Shown: positions 15,201 through 30,200 of the stretch, one piece after another
How the letters are laid out: every line of letters begins with the position of its first letter
Position numbering within the stretch: the first letter of the stretch is position 1
NCBI RefSeq assembly: GCF_964355755.1
Contig: NC_092672.1
Span: forward strand, 33,734,437-33,798,436
Source: Antedon mediterranea
Taxonomy: Eukaryota > Animalia > Echinodermata
Reading direction: 5' to 3'
DNA length: 64,000 nucleotides
Notes under the pieces: generated by a model
What the model saw: the letters and a program-made list of their open reading frames with translations, nothing else
Told to the model about the DNA's origin: nothing
Database searches by the model: none
Made by a program: the position numbers and the translations under genes

Positions 15201-18200
15201 TGGAGTGTATAGCAGTACTATTACTTATATAGACACAACCACACTGACATTTAGGATACATCCGTCATTCACTTTGTATCTATAATTTCCTATATTGAAA
15301 AGGCTGTGTAACATTAATCCCATCCTCCAATGTCAATTACTGTTTGTTTATGAAATGGTTTAATACATAACATTGAAAAATAAATTTAATTATGATTTCT
15401 CTTTATACTTGTTTTCTTAACCGTTCTCATTGATATATGTATATCATGATCAGGCCGTCATTGACTGGTTTCAGTATACGTGCATTGTCATTGTGTGATA
15501 TATTATGCAGGCACAGAACATTAATTCTAAACACCCGGTGATATGCTGAAATTTAGTTAATTAATTTGAAACGATAAGATTGCTTGATATGCAGATGTCC
15601 TATCCATTAGACTACTGGGACTTTCATGGTATTGTTCAAACTCGATCGGACAGCGACCCTTTAACATTCTCGGCGTGGTACATGCATATATCCAATCAAT
15701 CTGTTTTGATCTTTGTAGATCTTGTCAGTGCAGCTCAGGTTTCGAAATGATATGTACCACAAAACTGGCACCCATATAGGCTGAGCCAGGTATGCGGGAC
15801 ATAGTAGGCCTACACTTTTGATCATGAACACAAAGGGTGCATAAACTCAACGAACATGCTATGCAAAATACTAATACAGTAGTATTCATAACAAAAATGC
15901 ACAGTTTCAGACTGAAGAGTGCTCTACAAAACAACATACAATGCATGTAGCAGAATATATATATATGTTATCCATTTTTTACAATCAAATGGAGTCAAAA
16001 ATAAATTAACTTGTATCCATTTTGTTGTATTTTTCTTCTTCCATCATCAAATTTCTCCTTATATCAATTCATCTTTTGTACAGACTAACCCTTTGCTTGT
16101 TTCCCTTTAACATATTCATACTAGCATATCTGTCATTTGCCAGCAGATTTGTTTTACATATGTAGTTATGTTTTGTTCTTATTTTGTTCCCCTTTTTCTA
16201 TTGTATGTTTCTTTTAAATGTCATACATATACAGTGATCTTAACCACTTGACCACATGTTGTTTTGGGTGGGCGTATATCACATGTTTGGCTTGCACATC
16301 GCAGCGAGAATCTTAACCACTAGACCATGTATGTTGGCAAATCATTGACAGATACATACATACTGTGATAACCAAGTCTGTGGGTGGGCGGATATAATAC
16401 AGTATCCTTGTAAATCAATTCAATCTGTTATTAGTAATAATTAACAGAATTTAAATGGCCAAAATATTTCATTAAATTGTATTTGGGAAGAAACAACGTA
16501 TTAAATTAATTATATCCTTTAGTTTGTCAAATTTAAATTAGAAGAGTAAATTTGGAGTTTTCATGGTGCCTGTTTAATGTTAAACACATTAAAACATTTA
16601 TATGTTTCATACCAAGTTCTTATTGCTAGAGTCTGTCAAAATGTTTTATGCCCAGTTTATCTATTTCTATTCCTTTAGGCTCTTTAAACAATGTATTATT
16701 ATTCACCATAAAGGGATCAGTTTAAAACTGAACTAAATTCCACCATGATAGAACCTACTATAACTCCCCTAATACTGGACTCTCTGAAAATCGGAAAACT
16801 CTCACAAACCTTTTTTTTAGGTCCAAAAGATCCCAAATTTATGTTTACCATTAGAAAAAACATTCCGAATACCAGACTTTTCAGAAAACCAGATATTGTG
16901 CTAGCCCAAAGGTGTCCGGTATTGGGAGAGTTGACTGTATTTTACATAAGTAAATTATAACATAAACTATTAATACTGTATGAGAAAAAAAATTAGTTAA
17001 AAAATCATTTTTTTTTTATTTCAGTGCATCAACAAAGCAAGAGATATCCTTGACACTGAACTGACAGCAAGAGCTGGTGAGAGTTACAACAGAGCTTATG
17101 GTGCCATGGTCAATGTTCAGATGTTGTCAGAACTAGAGGAGATCATTCAGTATAAACTGGTTCCAGAACGCCAAGAGGTTATTAAACAGATCTGGTGGGA
17201 TCGACTACAGGTAAATCTTTATCTTGTTTTTCTTTATTATATCACAAACAATGTGTAAGAATAACATTTAGTGTTCCTTTTTTATATGTCATAAAAATAA
17301 TCTAACATTTTCATGAATTTTCAGGGTTGCCAGAGAAATGTTGAAGATTGGCAGAAAATCATCCAGGTGAGGTCGCTTGTCATCAATCCAGCCGAGGATC
17401 GCAGGACGCGGTTAAAGTATGCCAGTCTTTGCCGCAAAGGAGGGCGCATGGCGCTGTCACACAAGACGCTTGTAAAGCTAATGGAAGTCGACCCATCGTT
17501 ACAACCAGACATGCCGCTACCCAATAATGACCCACACGTTACGTTTGCATATATGAAACACATGTGGAAGGACGGAGATAGAGTAAGGGACTATTTTAAT
17601 TTCTGCCGGCAGATTTCTTATCTTAAAGGTCATGAAATCAAACCATTAAAATGTGAAGATAACTGTACTTTCAATTTAAAGATGATGATCTTTCTTTAAG
17701 GATGTATTGTCCTCCAAAAACATGAAAATCATTCACTTCCATAGGAAAAAATGACCAAAAGTAATGATTTCAATTTCAAGACTAAATAAAAGTTAAATTT
17801 AACAAAAAAAAACATTCTCTGACAATTTGACTAATTTTTCCCTTAAATTTTGTTTTTGAGTGAATAATTTTTTTTTAATACAATTTTGTGAATAAACTAT
17901 TGTGTGACATTGAAATGACAATAAAAAAAGTCAATTTTTTTTATACAATTTGGTTAATGAATATGTCATTTTAATGTGAATAGCTATTATTTGATATTAA
18001 AATGACATATTCAACACAAAACTTAAAACAGTATCTTTAAATATATGATAAAAAAATATCAAATTGTCAATTGTAATACTGTAATAATTAATAATTTATT
18101 TAAAATTATTTTGTAGATGGAAGCGTTTAATGAACTCCATCACTTTGTACAATCAGCTATCCAGCAGTATGCAGCATCTCTGAACCCAGCTGAGGATAAT

Positions 18201-21200
18201 ATAGAGAGAAGGGAACTGCAGAAGCTCCTAGCCAGGTATAGAGTGTCAACATTATTCTACTGCCTGCAGTTACTGCAGTAACAACATTTTTTTTTGCTGT
18301 AATAAAAAGATTATTTCCATGTAGAAGTTATGAGGCTTTCATTTCAATAAACAGTATGTATAATATTATAAAAAGGCTTTCTATAGACGCGATCAACAAA
18401 TTGTTCCAGACCACAGAGACGCATCTAGATGTGTCTTCTATTGTTCTGAAACCCGTCTGCAAGGTACTACACGGTTTGAACATTCGATATTCATGTTAAA
18501 AGAAACTACATAACTACATAAGCAGGTTAAAAAGTAAACAAAATGTAATGACTGCAATAGAATAATTTTAGCAGTGGTCCCTAGCAAAAGCTTTGGAATA
18601 CATTACATCAAAATAAAGCCACTAAGGCCACTATAACTCTGTGTTTTTTTTTAATTCTTTGTTCTTCAGATGTTATCTGAAACTTGGTGAGTGGCAGCAG
18701 AGTTTGGAGGGCATAGGTGACGAGACCATTCCACAAATTATCAGTTATTACTCAGCAGCAACGGACCATGATGCCAATTGGTACAAGGTATAATATTTAT
18801 AAATAATAATTCATGTTTTATAATAGTATACACATGAAAACATAGCATAGCATAAAAGATTATTCAATTTAGTTAATTACTGTACAGTTGTATTCATTGT
18901 AATTTCCAGTCCACTCTCTGTTAAATTTAGTTAAGCTCTGTCTACACCATCAAACTAGTTTGACCAAAAAATGTGTATTGCACCCAAATATGGTAGTGAT
19001 ATGCTCAAATATGGTATTGATATGACATCATCATGTCCATATATAGACACATCACATTTTGTTGTCACATAAAGTTTGATACTGACAAGTTCCCAAAGAA
19101 GGTGTTTGCAAATTGGGTTAGCTTCAGCACCTCATTTTACAATATGTTGTCCCACCCCACAACACCCTATTTAAAAATCCTAGATCCCCTTTTCAACTGT
19201 ATTGGTATTGTATTGATCTAAATACATGCTGCTGTAGTTGATCCTTCACCATTGGTATTACTATTGTTTAACCAAGGCATGGCATTCGTGGGCGTTCATG
19301 AACTACGAGGCAGTCTTATACTACAAGAACAGCCAATCAGCAGCAGCTACGCCATCTCAGACTATCAAAGAACCGGAGTTAGTTCCGGTGGATGAATCTG
19401 GCGAGTCAAACGAAGATGTTAAAGATGATATTGAAGAGGAAGGAGCTGGAGACTCGGAGGATGTGGGATTGGAGAAAGGAACTAGCCCATCTCAAAACGT
19501 AAATATTTGATTTTGAATTATTTAAAATAATTGTTGGGCTTTGTATAGTATACGTAACTTAACCACAATTGAATAGTTATATTTAGTATCTCCTAAATTA
19601 AAACTAATTGACCAATGACCCCTCTTATTAATAACCTATAATCAAGCACCCTTTAAATCAATCAATCAAGGAATACAGTAACTCCAAACAATGATCCCTC
19701 TAATCATAGACCATTTAATAAACTACCCCTCTAATTAAAGACCCCCTAATCTATGACTTCGCTAGTTAGACCCCACTATTAAACCCCTCTAATTTGGACC
19801 TCCTCTAATTAAGACCCTTCCAATTAAATTCCTATAATCAAGCACCTGTCTAAACCAAGGACCCCTCTAATCTAGGTCTCTTTATCAAAAACCCTCTTAT
19901 CGAAGACCCTCTGATAACCTACCCTCTAATTAGGACCCCTTTAATTTAAGACCCAAAATTAACCAAGAACCTCTCTAATCTAGGTCTCTTTATCAAAGAC
20001 CTCTAATCAAGGACCCTCTGATAAATTACCCTCTAATTAGGACCCCTCTAATTTAAGACCCAAAATTAACCAAGAACCTCTCTTATCTAGGTCTCTTTAT
20101 CAAAGACCTCTAATCAAGGACCCTCTGATAAATTACCCTCTAATTAGGACCCCTCTAATTTAAGACCCAAAATTAACCAAGAACCTCTCTTATCTAGGTC
20201 TCTTTATCAAAGACCTCTAATCAAGGACCCTCTGATAAATTACCCTCTAATTATCTGTCAACGATTTTAACTTTTATATAAATTTTATATAATCATTGTA
20301 AATTTTTAAGCCTTTAATATATTTTATGTCATTTGAATATTTAATATTTTATGTGTTGTACTGTATGTTTGTTTTATCGAGGGCCCTGAATGATCAGTTC
20401 TATTAGGAACTGGATAGGCTACCCTCAGTAAATATGGTAATAAATAAATAAATAAATAAATAAGGAGCCTTTAATTAAGTACTGACCTCGCTAATCTAAG
20501 GATCACACTGTTGCTTTGCTGCATACAACTATAGTTTACATACGCACTGATAATCAGTCACCATTCAAGATGCCTTTATAGTATCGTAGAACACTTTCCA
20601 GCTAATTTCTTTTTTCCTTTTTGAGTAATCGCCCAAATCAATGTGGCCGAACCTCGTACACGATTTTCATTCATAACCAATTACTATACAAAACTAGATA
20701 TAGTAATAATCTTTTAAATTGATTTCCTGGTAAATAATTCTGTAACTAACAGCTGCCAAATTTATCATTAGAAAAGGGAAGTTTGATTTATCACACCTGT
20801 CTGCAAAAGCTCTTTGCTGTTTTTCAGTTAATTAAAGAAACAAGGTTGAAATATGTATTGTAAGCATTGGAATGCATTGGTTCAAAATTAAAAACACAAC
20901 AAAAAAAATTTATTATTGACATAATTTGTCCACTATAATGACACTTTAATTCTTCTAACCTAAATATTTAAACATGCACATTCATTTAGATAGCAACCTT
21001 TTAGTCTTCAAAACACAAAAATATGCGTATATTGAGTCAAAAAGTCATTCTGCGCATGCTCAGAAACCTATCATTTTGTTTCATTTAGTTATTTGACTAT
21101 CAATATAATATACACTAACATACAATACAACATACTGATTAAGAATGCTGGGTAGTGTCAGCTTAAGGAAAAATACATTGCTTTAATCGCAGCTACCCCT

Positions 21201-24200
21201 CATATAAAATGAAAACATATAAAAGATGATAAAAAAATTTCATAACAATCTGTCTATATGTTTATTTAATTTCTATTAGTGTAAAAACAAAAGTTTAAAC
21301 AAGTAGAAAAAAATAGGAATTTTAAATATGTTATCATCCTCATTGATGTAAAGTACATGTACTGGTCTGTAACTTAACATTGCATAATATCATTGATCCA
21401 TGAATCTAATGCAATGATTCACAACCCCCATTCACATCGTTTAGTTTAATGAGTTATGAGATGTTCCGGTCAATGAAACTGTCAAGACCAATAGTAATAT
21501 AAAGATGATTTTAAAAAGAAGAGGAAGAAGACATTGGTGACTCAGAAGGTGTTACTGTTAGATAAGATAGAGTAATTTTAATTGTGTTTAATAAACTATT
21601 CAAAATGCATGAAATCTCCCCTCCCAAAAACAAACTGTCTGAATATGGGAAGATTCTAAACCATGCCCTCTTTGAAAAGAGGAAACTCAGCTAAACTTTT
21701 ATTTTAATATGAACATCTTTCTTAAACCAGTACACTCTTATAATAAGCAAAATCTAAAAAAATAAGAATTTTCTCAAAGCCTTAATAACTAAAGTCTATA
21801 AAATGTGTATAACATTTAACAACCAGACATTTTATACCAGTCTATGGATTGTCGGAGTTTACTAATAGTTTTTAAATAGTTAACTAGTTAACTTAGTTAT
21901 TTTAGATTACTAGTTAACTACTAGTAGTTATCTTAGTTATTTAGTTAGTTAACTAATAGGTTTTTTATTTGCAATTTTCTTTATTCATAATCATTCTCCC
22001 TTATTTTAGCTTTTTAATCATGTATAAACAAGTATTAGAAATAAAACTAGTTAACTAGTTAACTACTAGTTATCTTAGTTAATTAGTTAACTAATAGTTT
22101 TTTTTTGCAATTTTCTTTATTCGTAATCATTCTCCATTGTTTTAGCTATTTAAGCATGCATAAACAAATATTAGAAATAAAAATAACTCATCCACAAAAA
22201 TAAGTATTTCATTTTTTTTAAATTTAGTATAATCAGTACGTTGCAACGTATGCCATCCCCGCTGTACAGGGATTTTTCCGTTCCATCTCGCTATCGAGCA
22301 GTAACTCACTACAAGACACTCTACGTCTTCTCACCCTTTGGTTTGATTACGGCCAGTGTACAGACGTCTACGATGCGCTGGTTGAAGGGATAAAGTCTAT
22401 TCAAATTGACACGTGGCTTCAGGTAGGACCATATATATATATTTATTTATTTTATTGAAACATGGCACTGTAGTTTTTGCTTGTTGTAATAGATTTACTG
22501 CCGATCAATCATATTTGATACTTTCTTTCAAAGGCATGTGACACAAGAAATTCTTTTCCATGTATAGAGCCCTTATTGAAAAAATATAAAACGGTCTTAA
22601 ATTATAATATACTTATGGCTATAAGAAACAAAAAATATATTTAGGTACTGTACAGGTTATTGTTTATCGTCAACTCTCCAAATACCTGGACCAGACTCTC
22701 TGAAAACCAGAAACTCTCCCAAAACCAGACTTTTCCAAAATGTCCAACATTTTTTTTTTACCATAAAAGAAACATTCTGAATACCAAACCTTCCAGAAAC
22801 ATATTAGGCGTGTGTGTCCAAGGGTGTCCGGTATTGGGAGAGTTGACTGTATTCAAGTTGTTGCATCTTAGTGTGAAACCAAGCTTTTAGGGTGAATTTT
22901 GAGCACTGTCATAATTGTGTACTACATAAATTTACTTTAAAGTCTCTGCTTGCATCGTAAGAAAACAGCATTGAGTAATACCAGTTGGTGAAATGCATTA
23001 CGGAAGTTGAAAACACCCTCATTTTACATATCAACCTTGTCTGGTCAGTTTTAAACTAAGGAAGTTTTTAATTGACAACATAAACAAGTTTATAGTCCAG
23101 CTGTTTATCTCCTGCGTTAAACAAGTTGCGGGTCAATTTATTGTTTGCTGGTTACTTTAACCTAAAGTGACCGTAGGTTTCTCATTAATTCAACGTCAGG
23201 TACTGTAAACGTCACAAACAATTTAAGTCTACATCGCTATCATTTATATATAATATATATATTTTTACTTTAATGAGTTTTCCCCAAAATAAATGAAAAA
23301 TTATTATTATTAAGATTAATCAAATCAGACATTGAATAGGTTATTTTGTAGTTTTAATGAAGTTAATCACTTCTGTAGACAAAAAAAAAACGAACAAATA
23401 ATAATATAATCAACCAAAAATCCATTGGCTGGCAGCCAATTTGATTGTTTTTTTTTTATTTAGTGAACTCAAAATGGCATTTTAAAAAAAGAATGAATAA
23501 TTACAATACATTTTTAATATATTTTTTATTTACATTTTCAATTCGCTTTCGGTTTATTTTATTTAATCTCAATTGAGATCTGATCTGACTGATACCAACA
23601 TCATTGTAATTTTTCCAGTACTTTGCCTTTGTATTTTAACAGTAATACAGTAGGCCCTAAATATTTAAAATGTAGTTTCAATACTAGGAAGGATAATAGT
23701 TTAGCATGGGCTTGCAGCTTGGTTCCCTTAATAGAGGTTTTACTATACTATATATTTTCGTCTAAAGAACAAACAAGAATCTCGAGCAAATTATTAATTC
23801 TTTCCTTATTTATTTTTCATTTTATTATTTTTTAAAATAACATAATATCCTAAGAAATTATACTCTTTCTAATTAATCTGGTAGGTGTTTCAGTTTTTCT
23901 ATATTGTGGCAATGCTTTTTTATTTTTTTACCTTTTAACTTAGAAATTAGGGTTATTTTGAAAGGTTGTTTTCCAATTTAGGCTGTAGGAAGGATGTAGT
24001 GTTTGGCGTCTCATTTGGCGTTAAAATGGAAATCTGTTTTTCTGGAAGGTTCAAAAGTTATCAGTTACTTTAAAGATGGTATTAACCTGTCAACATTTAA
24101 CTTCCAAAGGAAATTGAGAATCTTAGTGTCAATTGTGTCTGTCTGGCAACTGAATTGAATTAGAATAGAAGATAAAAATGGTGTTTCATGTCCTAAATAA

Positions 24201-27200
24201 ATGTTTAAAAAATCTTGTGAATCCATTCAACACTAAATAATACAGTAAGAAAACTCAATTTGTACAAATATTTTTATTCTATTATTTCTAAACATACACT
24301 TTAGTATTCATTACAATACTGTAGTACTAGTATTACATAAGGATCAACGTCAAAGTAATTACTGCAGTAACTACATTTTTTACTGCAGCAATGTAGGACT
24401 GAGTTGGTTGTAAACATCATGGGCCATGATGACGATTCATGCCCTGCAATGGCGAATCCAAAAAATAACTTGTTTAATAACTGCATAAACAGGTTTTTTA
24501 AACAAAATGTTGTTAATGCAGTCCAGTAACTGTAGTAAAGTAATTTTGACATGGTCTCATAACTATCTGACTAAACTAAAACTGACCATATTATAATGAG
24601 GCTTAAATCGTTTTTCCTGAATGAAAATGTAATTTTTTTTTATTTTACAAATTAACGTATAAAATCCAAAGAAATTTTCAATTATTCTACAACAATTACA
24701 TTTAAAACTTGACCTCCAAAGTATATTAACTACTGAAGCAATTACAGCATTGTTTATAAATGTGTAATTTGCAACATTGTTCATGTTTTAAAGTGGTCAC
24801 AATGGTGTTTAATAATAGTTATTACCTCTATGAATAATGATGTGTGATTATTACGGTATATCCTCTGGTATAATCTCACCCCTACTTTATGTCTGATTTC
24901 TCAAACTGGCATATCCTCGAGTATAGTCCCAGTATTGACTTTTGATCTGAATGTAAGCCTCTCTCTAGCCAGTTCAGATGAGTTTTTACAAGAAATGCTT
25001 ACCAATCATTTTTTTTTTCTTAACCCAGGCTTTCCCCAGGTATATAGTCCCACCCCCAAAGTTGGCCCAATTTCATGTTCTAAGGGGGTGGAATTATTTG
25101 ATACACAAAGACCAATTTTTGTTTTTATTTGTTCCACCATACTTCAACAACAGGCAATATATAATAAAAAGTGTGGAACATGGAAAGGAGGTCAAATAAT
25201 GTGCTTTAGGACTTGACCCCCATAAGTCATAATCAAATTGAAACTATAATTGATCACTACACACAAAATACAACCAAAATCTAGTTACAATAAATTCGGT
25301 TCAGTCCCATGAGGCATTTGATTTACACCATTGCTAAAAAAATGTACTATATAAAAAGACTAGATACATTTTTTTGTTATCCTCGAGTATAAAACATATT
25401 TGTTGACAATTAAAAACCTATCACTATACAGCAAACTTGTATTAACGCTATGGATTATATCATTACTAACGTTTTAAATGTGTATGTACATTGGTCGAGT
25501 AGTAGAGCATTCTTCAATTGTACATGTTGATTAGTACGTTTTTCAACTCATCCCTAAGATTTTTTTAACAGGGTCAGTAAACTACTGTAGTTAATTACTG
25601 GCTTAAATTATTCTGACCAATCATTTTAACATATTTTCTGTGAAAAAATGCACTTGTTGAAATGGGCCACTAGTTTCTGCCAGGTTTTACAGGTCCTTGC
25701 CCAGCAGACCTGTGAAAGTGAACACTTGAAAATTCTTTGAATTTTATAAAACTTTAAAAAAAATAGTTTTTAGAGGGTAAAAAGAAGATGTCCCATAAAA
25801 GTTGTATACCGGTTGTTGTTACTATGCAGTTCATTTCCTTGATCAAGCTGAAGCCACACCTGGTCGGACCGCATTAACTCCAGAATTACACTATTACTTG
25901 TAGAATCGTAAGCATCACTACTATCATAATCATGAACAGCTACCTGTACCTCCCCATTTTTCATTAGTTTAACGTACGGGGAGCTTGTACGGGACGCTGT
26001 GTGGATGTGAAAAATAAAAGCGTAAGCTCCGTGGACTTTCGTGGTGAATATGCCAGTATATTGATCAAAGCAATCGCCGACATTTATGAATAATGACGCG
26101 TAAGTTAACACTTCGTCCATGTCAGCGGTTGCAGCGAGGGCAGAAACACGTGCCGCTGAGAAGGCAACGTTCACGTTTGTTTTCTGCGTTTCACCAGACC
26201 CTGGTGGTCCTCGTGGCCCAGCTCTTCCTTGTAAACCGGGATGACCTCTTTGGCCACTTGGTCCTTTCGGACCTCTGTCTCCTTTTTCACCGTCTATGCC
26301 AATGACGCCATCTTTTCCATTCTCTCCTTTGATTCCTTGTAAGCCTTGTAAACCATTATGTCCGTTGGCACCATGGTTTCCTGGCATTCCCGGTATGCCT
26401 GGATTTCCCGGTGGACCTGGCGCCCCCGGATCCCCACGTACGCAGCACGAACTACACGTATCCTGTTCAGTATCCCCATTGGCTTTCTTCGCCTTTAATA
26501 ATTTTGCCTTACTATTTGGAATGTATTTATTAGCATTATCAGATTTAGCTGCATTTGCAATATCAGAAATGAACAAAAATCCTAAAACAAGAACAAATAA
26601 TGAACAGATATAGCGATCCATACTGAATAGGGTCAAAGTTCAATTCCGGTTTTTTTTTTCAGAATGTCTTAAAGTAATTGTTCAGTTAATGCAGTCTGCC
26701 ATTTGAAGTTTGTTTAACTTAACACCTTTGCGTCTAAAATAAATGACTTAAGTTATAAACACTTGATATTATGACCATAGGCGCAGTTCTTGGAATAACA
26801 TTGAACAATTCTTGATTCATTTAATCTGAAAAATAAAGATTGAAATTAAAGTTACTCATGTGCATTGTGAGCAAGTGAAACTGTTTTAACTAATAAAACT
26901 TTGTTACCGTTTATTAACTTATTGGTTTAGGGCCAAAATATATCTTATTCAATTTGACTATAGGACTCAAACATGTAATTCATAACTCGAAAGAAAGAAT
27001 TGATTTTTACCAACCTGGTAATAATCATCATGTAAAAATTGTTCTACTGCAGTTACTGCAGTAATTACATTTTAAAATAAACATAATTGCATTGCAACAG
27101 TGTTTATTATTTTTCTAAATAAGTACATAGGTATATTTTTTTAATTGATTTGTATCCATTGGGTAATAATAGAATTCATGTAAAAATTGTTCTACTGCAG

Positions 27201-30200
27201 TTACTGCAGCAACTACATTTTTACACTTTTTAACAAAAATAAATTTAACAATTAAATAATTTTATTTTTCACAATGAAGACATAATATGCAGACAGTATA
27301 TGTATTAAACCGTGTGTATTATTATTAAGGACTAATAGTACATAGGTAATAAACTACACAAGAAGTTACTGCAGTAATAATTGAAATGAAGATACCTCCA
27401 ATAGTGTAAAATATTAATATACATGATATTGATATTGATAAAAATATATATGTGAAAATGATTTCATCTGGTTTCAATGTAGTAATAAGATATAGTTCAT
27501 AAATTCATGAACGACATCAATTTTCTGCCATTAGCTTGATGAAACTGTCTTGACACATGTGGTACTGTAGTTTGACACTGGTTTTTAATTTATGATTATC
27601 TTATTCAAAAATATACATATTTTTTAGCATTTGACCCAGAAAATTGAGTTTCCAACATTTGTTTGTAATGGCCCAATATTAATGCACTTTTAACCACTTC
27701 CATTCCGTGATCGGCGAGATCTAAGTGACAGGTTATTTAATGTTGTTAGATTGTAGAATAATAGGCGATTACACCAATTTTGACCGACTTTGAACCAAGT
27801 TGAAATATTTAGTATTTGTTCCACACTATCAAACTTCATGTGACTTTGTGATGTGCCCATATGGACATGATGATGTCATATCACTACCATGTTTGGGCAT
27901 ATCACTACCATATTTGGGCACATCAAACCATTTTTGTCAAACTAGTTTTAGTGTAGAAGTATGAATGTTGTTTGTGAATGTTCCTTTAATGTCTATTAAA
28001 CTCATGGTGTTTGTCATCTCTGCAAGATGGCTTCTGTAGCACGAAAATCATGTATTAATGTTAACCATTTCCTTAATGCATTATTCATTTAATTTTTTTT
28101 AAATTATAAATTAATATTGACTTAATTAATCGATATGCCAATGGAAATTGGATTTGAATGTTGAATTAGTTTGTTTATACAGATTGTGTCAGAGTTGGTG
28201 TAACTGTCAGGTTGTAAAGTTAGAAACTAATTATTTGCCCTTGGGACGTGCCCCTATTAAAGGGACAACTTTCCATGCAACGCTTTACAGTAGAACCTCG
28301 ATTAAAGGGACATCTTCGAGGTGTTGATCATGTTGTTAAATTATATTTCTCCTGTTTATTTCAACCCTAAATATGGGTATCCCTGAATAGGGGTATTGCA
28401 GATTGAGGTATCACTGAAGAGGAGTATCTCTGAGTAGGGGAATCCCTAAATAACGGTATTCAAAAATGGGGATCCTTGAATAGGGGATCCCTGAATAGGC
28501 GTATACGTACCTCAATAGGGGTATTCCAGAATAGAGGCTTCCCTAGGGGTATCCCTGGACCGTACCTCAATAGGGGTATTCCAGAATAGAGGCTTCCCTA
28601 GGGGTATCCCTGTTCCAATGATTAACAGCCAACAACTATGGGTTCACTTTGCTGGATACATAAAAATAAAATACAGATATTTTTTCAATCATACACTTTT
28701 AGCAATCTAAATGTAGCTTGGTTTCTGTAAATGTCTAGGAGACATAAATAATGTGTACTATAGTTCATTTCCACTATTAACAAGCTCTAACAAACAGGAG
28801 TACTGTAATCACAATCACACAAATATTAATGATTATTGATCGATTGTTCTCTTTTTATCGCTACAGTTAAAAATGTTCCCACAGGCCTTGTTAATGTTAG
28901 CACAGTTTATATAAACATTTGGTTGTTGAAAACTCATACAAGCTTTGACCAATCAGAGTGCAGTGTTGTTATCATTGTTGAAGCTTTAAAAAAAAGACAA
29001 TTATATATCTGTACAGTGAAGAAAAGAGAAAGTAATACATGTAATTACTAATAAGTACATGAGCCATTAAGGTTGTCTGTTAAAGTTTAATTTATTTTAG
29101 TGTAACTAATACAGTTAGTACAGTAGTGCCTTATACAATGTACTTTATTCTTTTCTATTACTGGAGCATGTTAAAAATGACTGAATGTACATTTTGTTTA
29201 TACTCTAGTCTATGCAATAACAAGCTTTTCTGGGTATATCATACAAACAAACAAACTAATATCCTACATTGTTGCAGTAAAAATATAGTTACTGCAGTAG
29301 AATCATTTTCAAATAATCTATATTAGTATTATTTTTTTTTTTTTTATTATTTTTTTTTTTTTTTTTTAATATTTAGTTTTGCCATTAAATGTGAAATTTA
29401 CCCCCCATTTTTCTTCTTTTTTTTTTAATTGAAAACAATCTAGGATAGTTTAACTAAGAAAAGACAATTGACTCAATTATATGCAACTATTAATGTAATA
29501 CTTTTATTGGCTGATACTAGTATTAATGCCTCAAATAGTGGACTCTGTAAATAGTAGACTACGCACAATGTTTTAATTCTACTTTTTGGCAAATAAATAT
29601 ATAATAATCCATAACTATTTTATAAATTGTAACATTCCATTAGCCATAATAATTTAATTTAAGGTTTTAAATAAAATGCATTTTTTTGTATTTAATTATT
29701 AAGAATGCACTTTTTCTAATATTAATTAACCCTCGTAAATGCCACTGTTTTACATTATGATACCCAGGTGCACCACTTTTTCACATTACCATATCCAGGT
29801 GCTAAACAAGCATTTGATTTACACCCTGTTGGGTCATAGGTGTGACATGATATACCTATAAAGTGTTCCCAATCTATTTTTGCTTTACAAAATACTAAAT
29901 TGTGTTGGTTGTTATAAATTGCTTTGACAAGCTTTGCATTGTGATAAATAACTAGATATTTAATACCTTATAAAAGGTAATACAGGCTGTGGAATGCATT
30001 TAATACTATCCCTTCAGGTGTAAATATATAATTGCATCTAATTCATACAAATTTTCAATTCAATTTGATAAAAATTCATAAGAAATTGTAATAGTAGACT
30101 GTGTACAATAAACACTGCGTTATTTGGAATTTGATGTTTAAATTGAGCAAAAAAATATCTCATCTCACTGCTTTTTGCCTTAATGTTAGGGTAACAATAT

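Noticed and set aside
26093-26613. Plus-strand ORFs including a Pro/Gly-rich one
   Set aside because: Antisense shadows of the collagen-C1q CDS.
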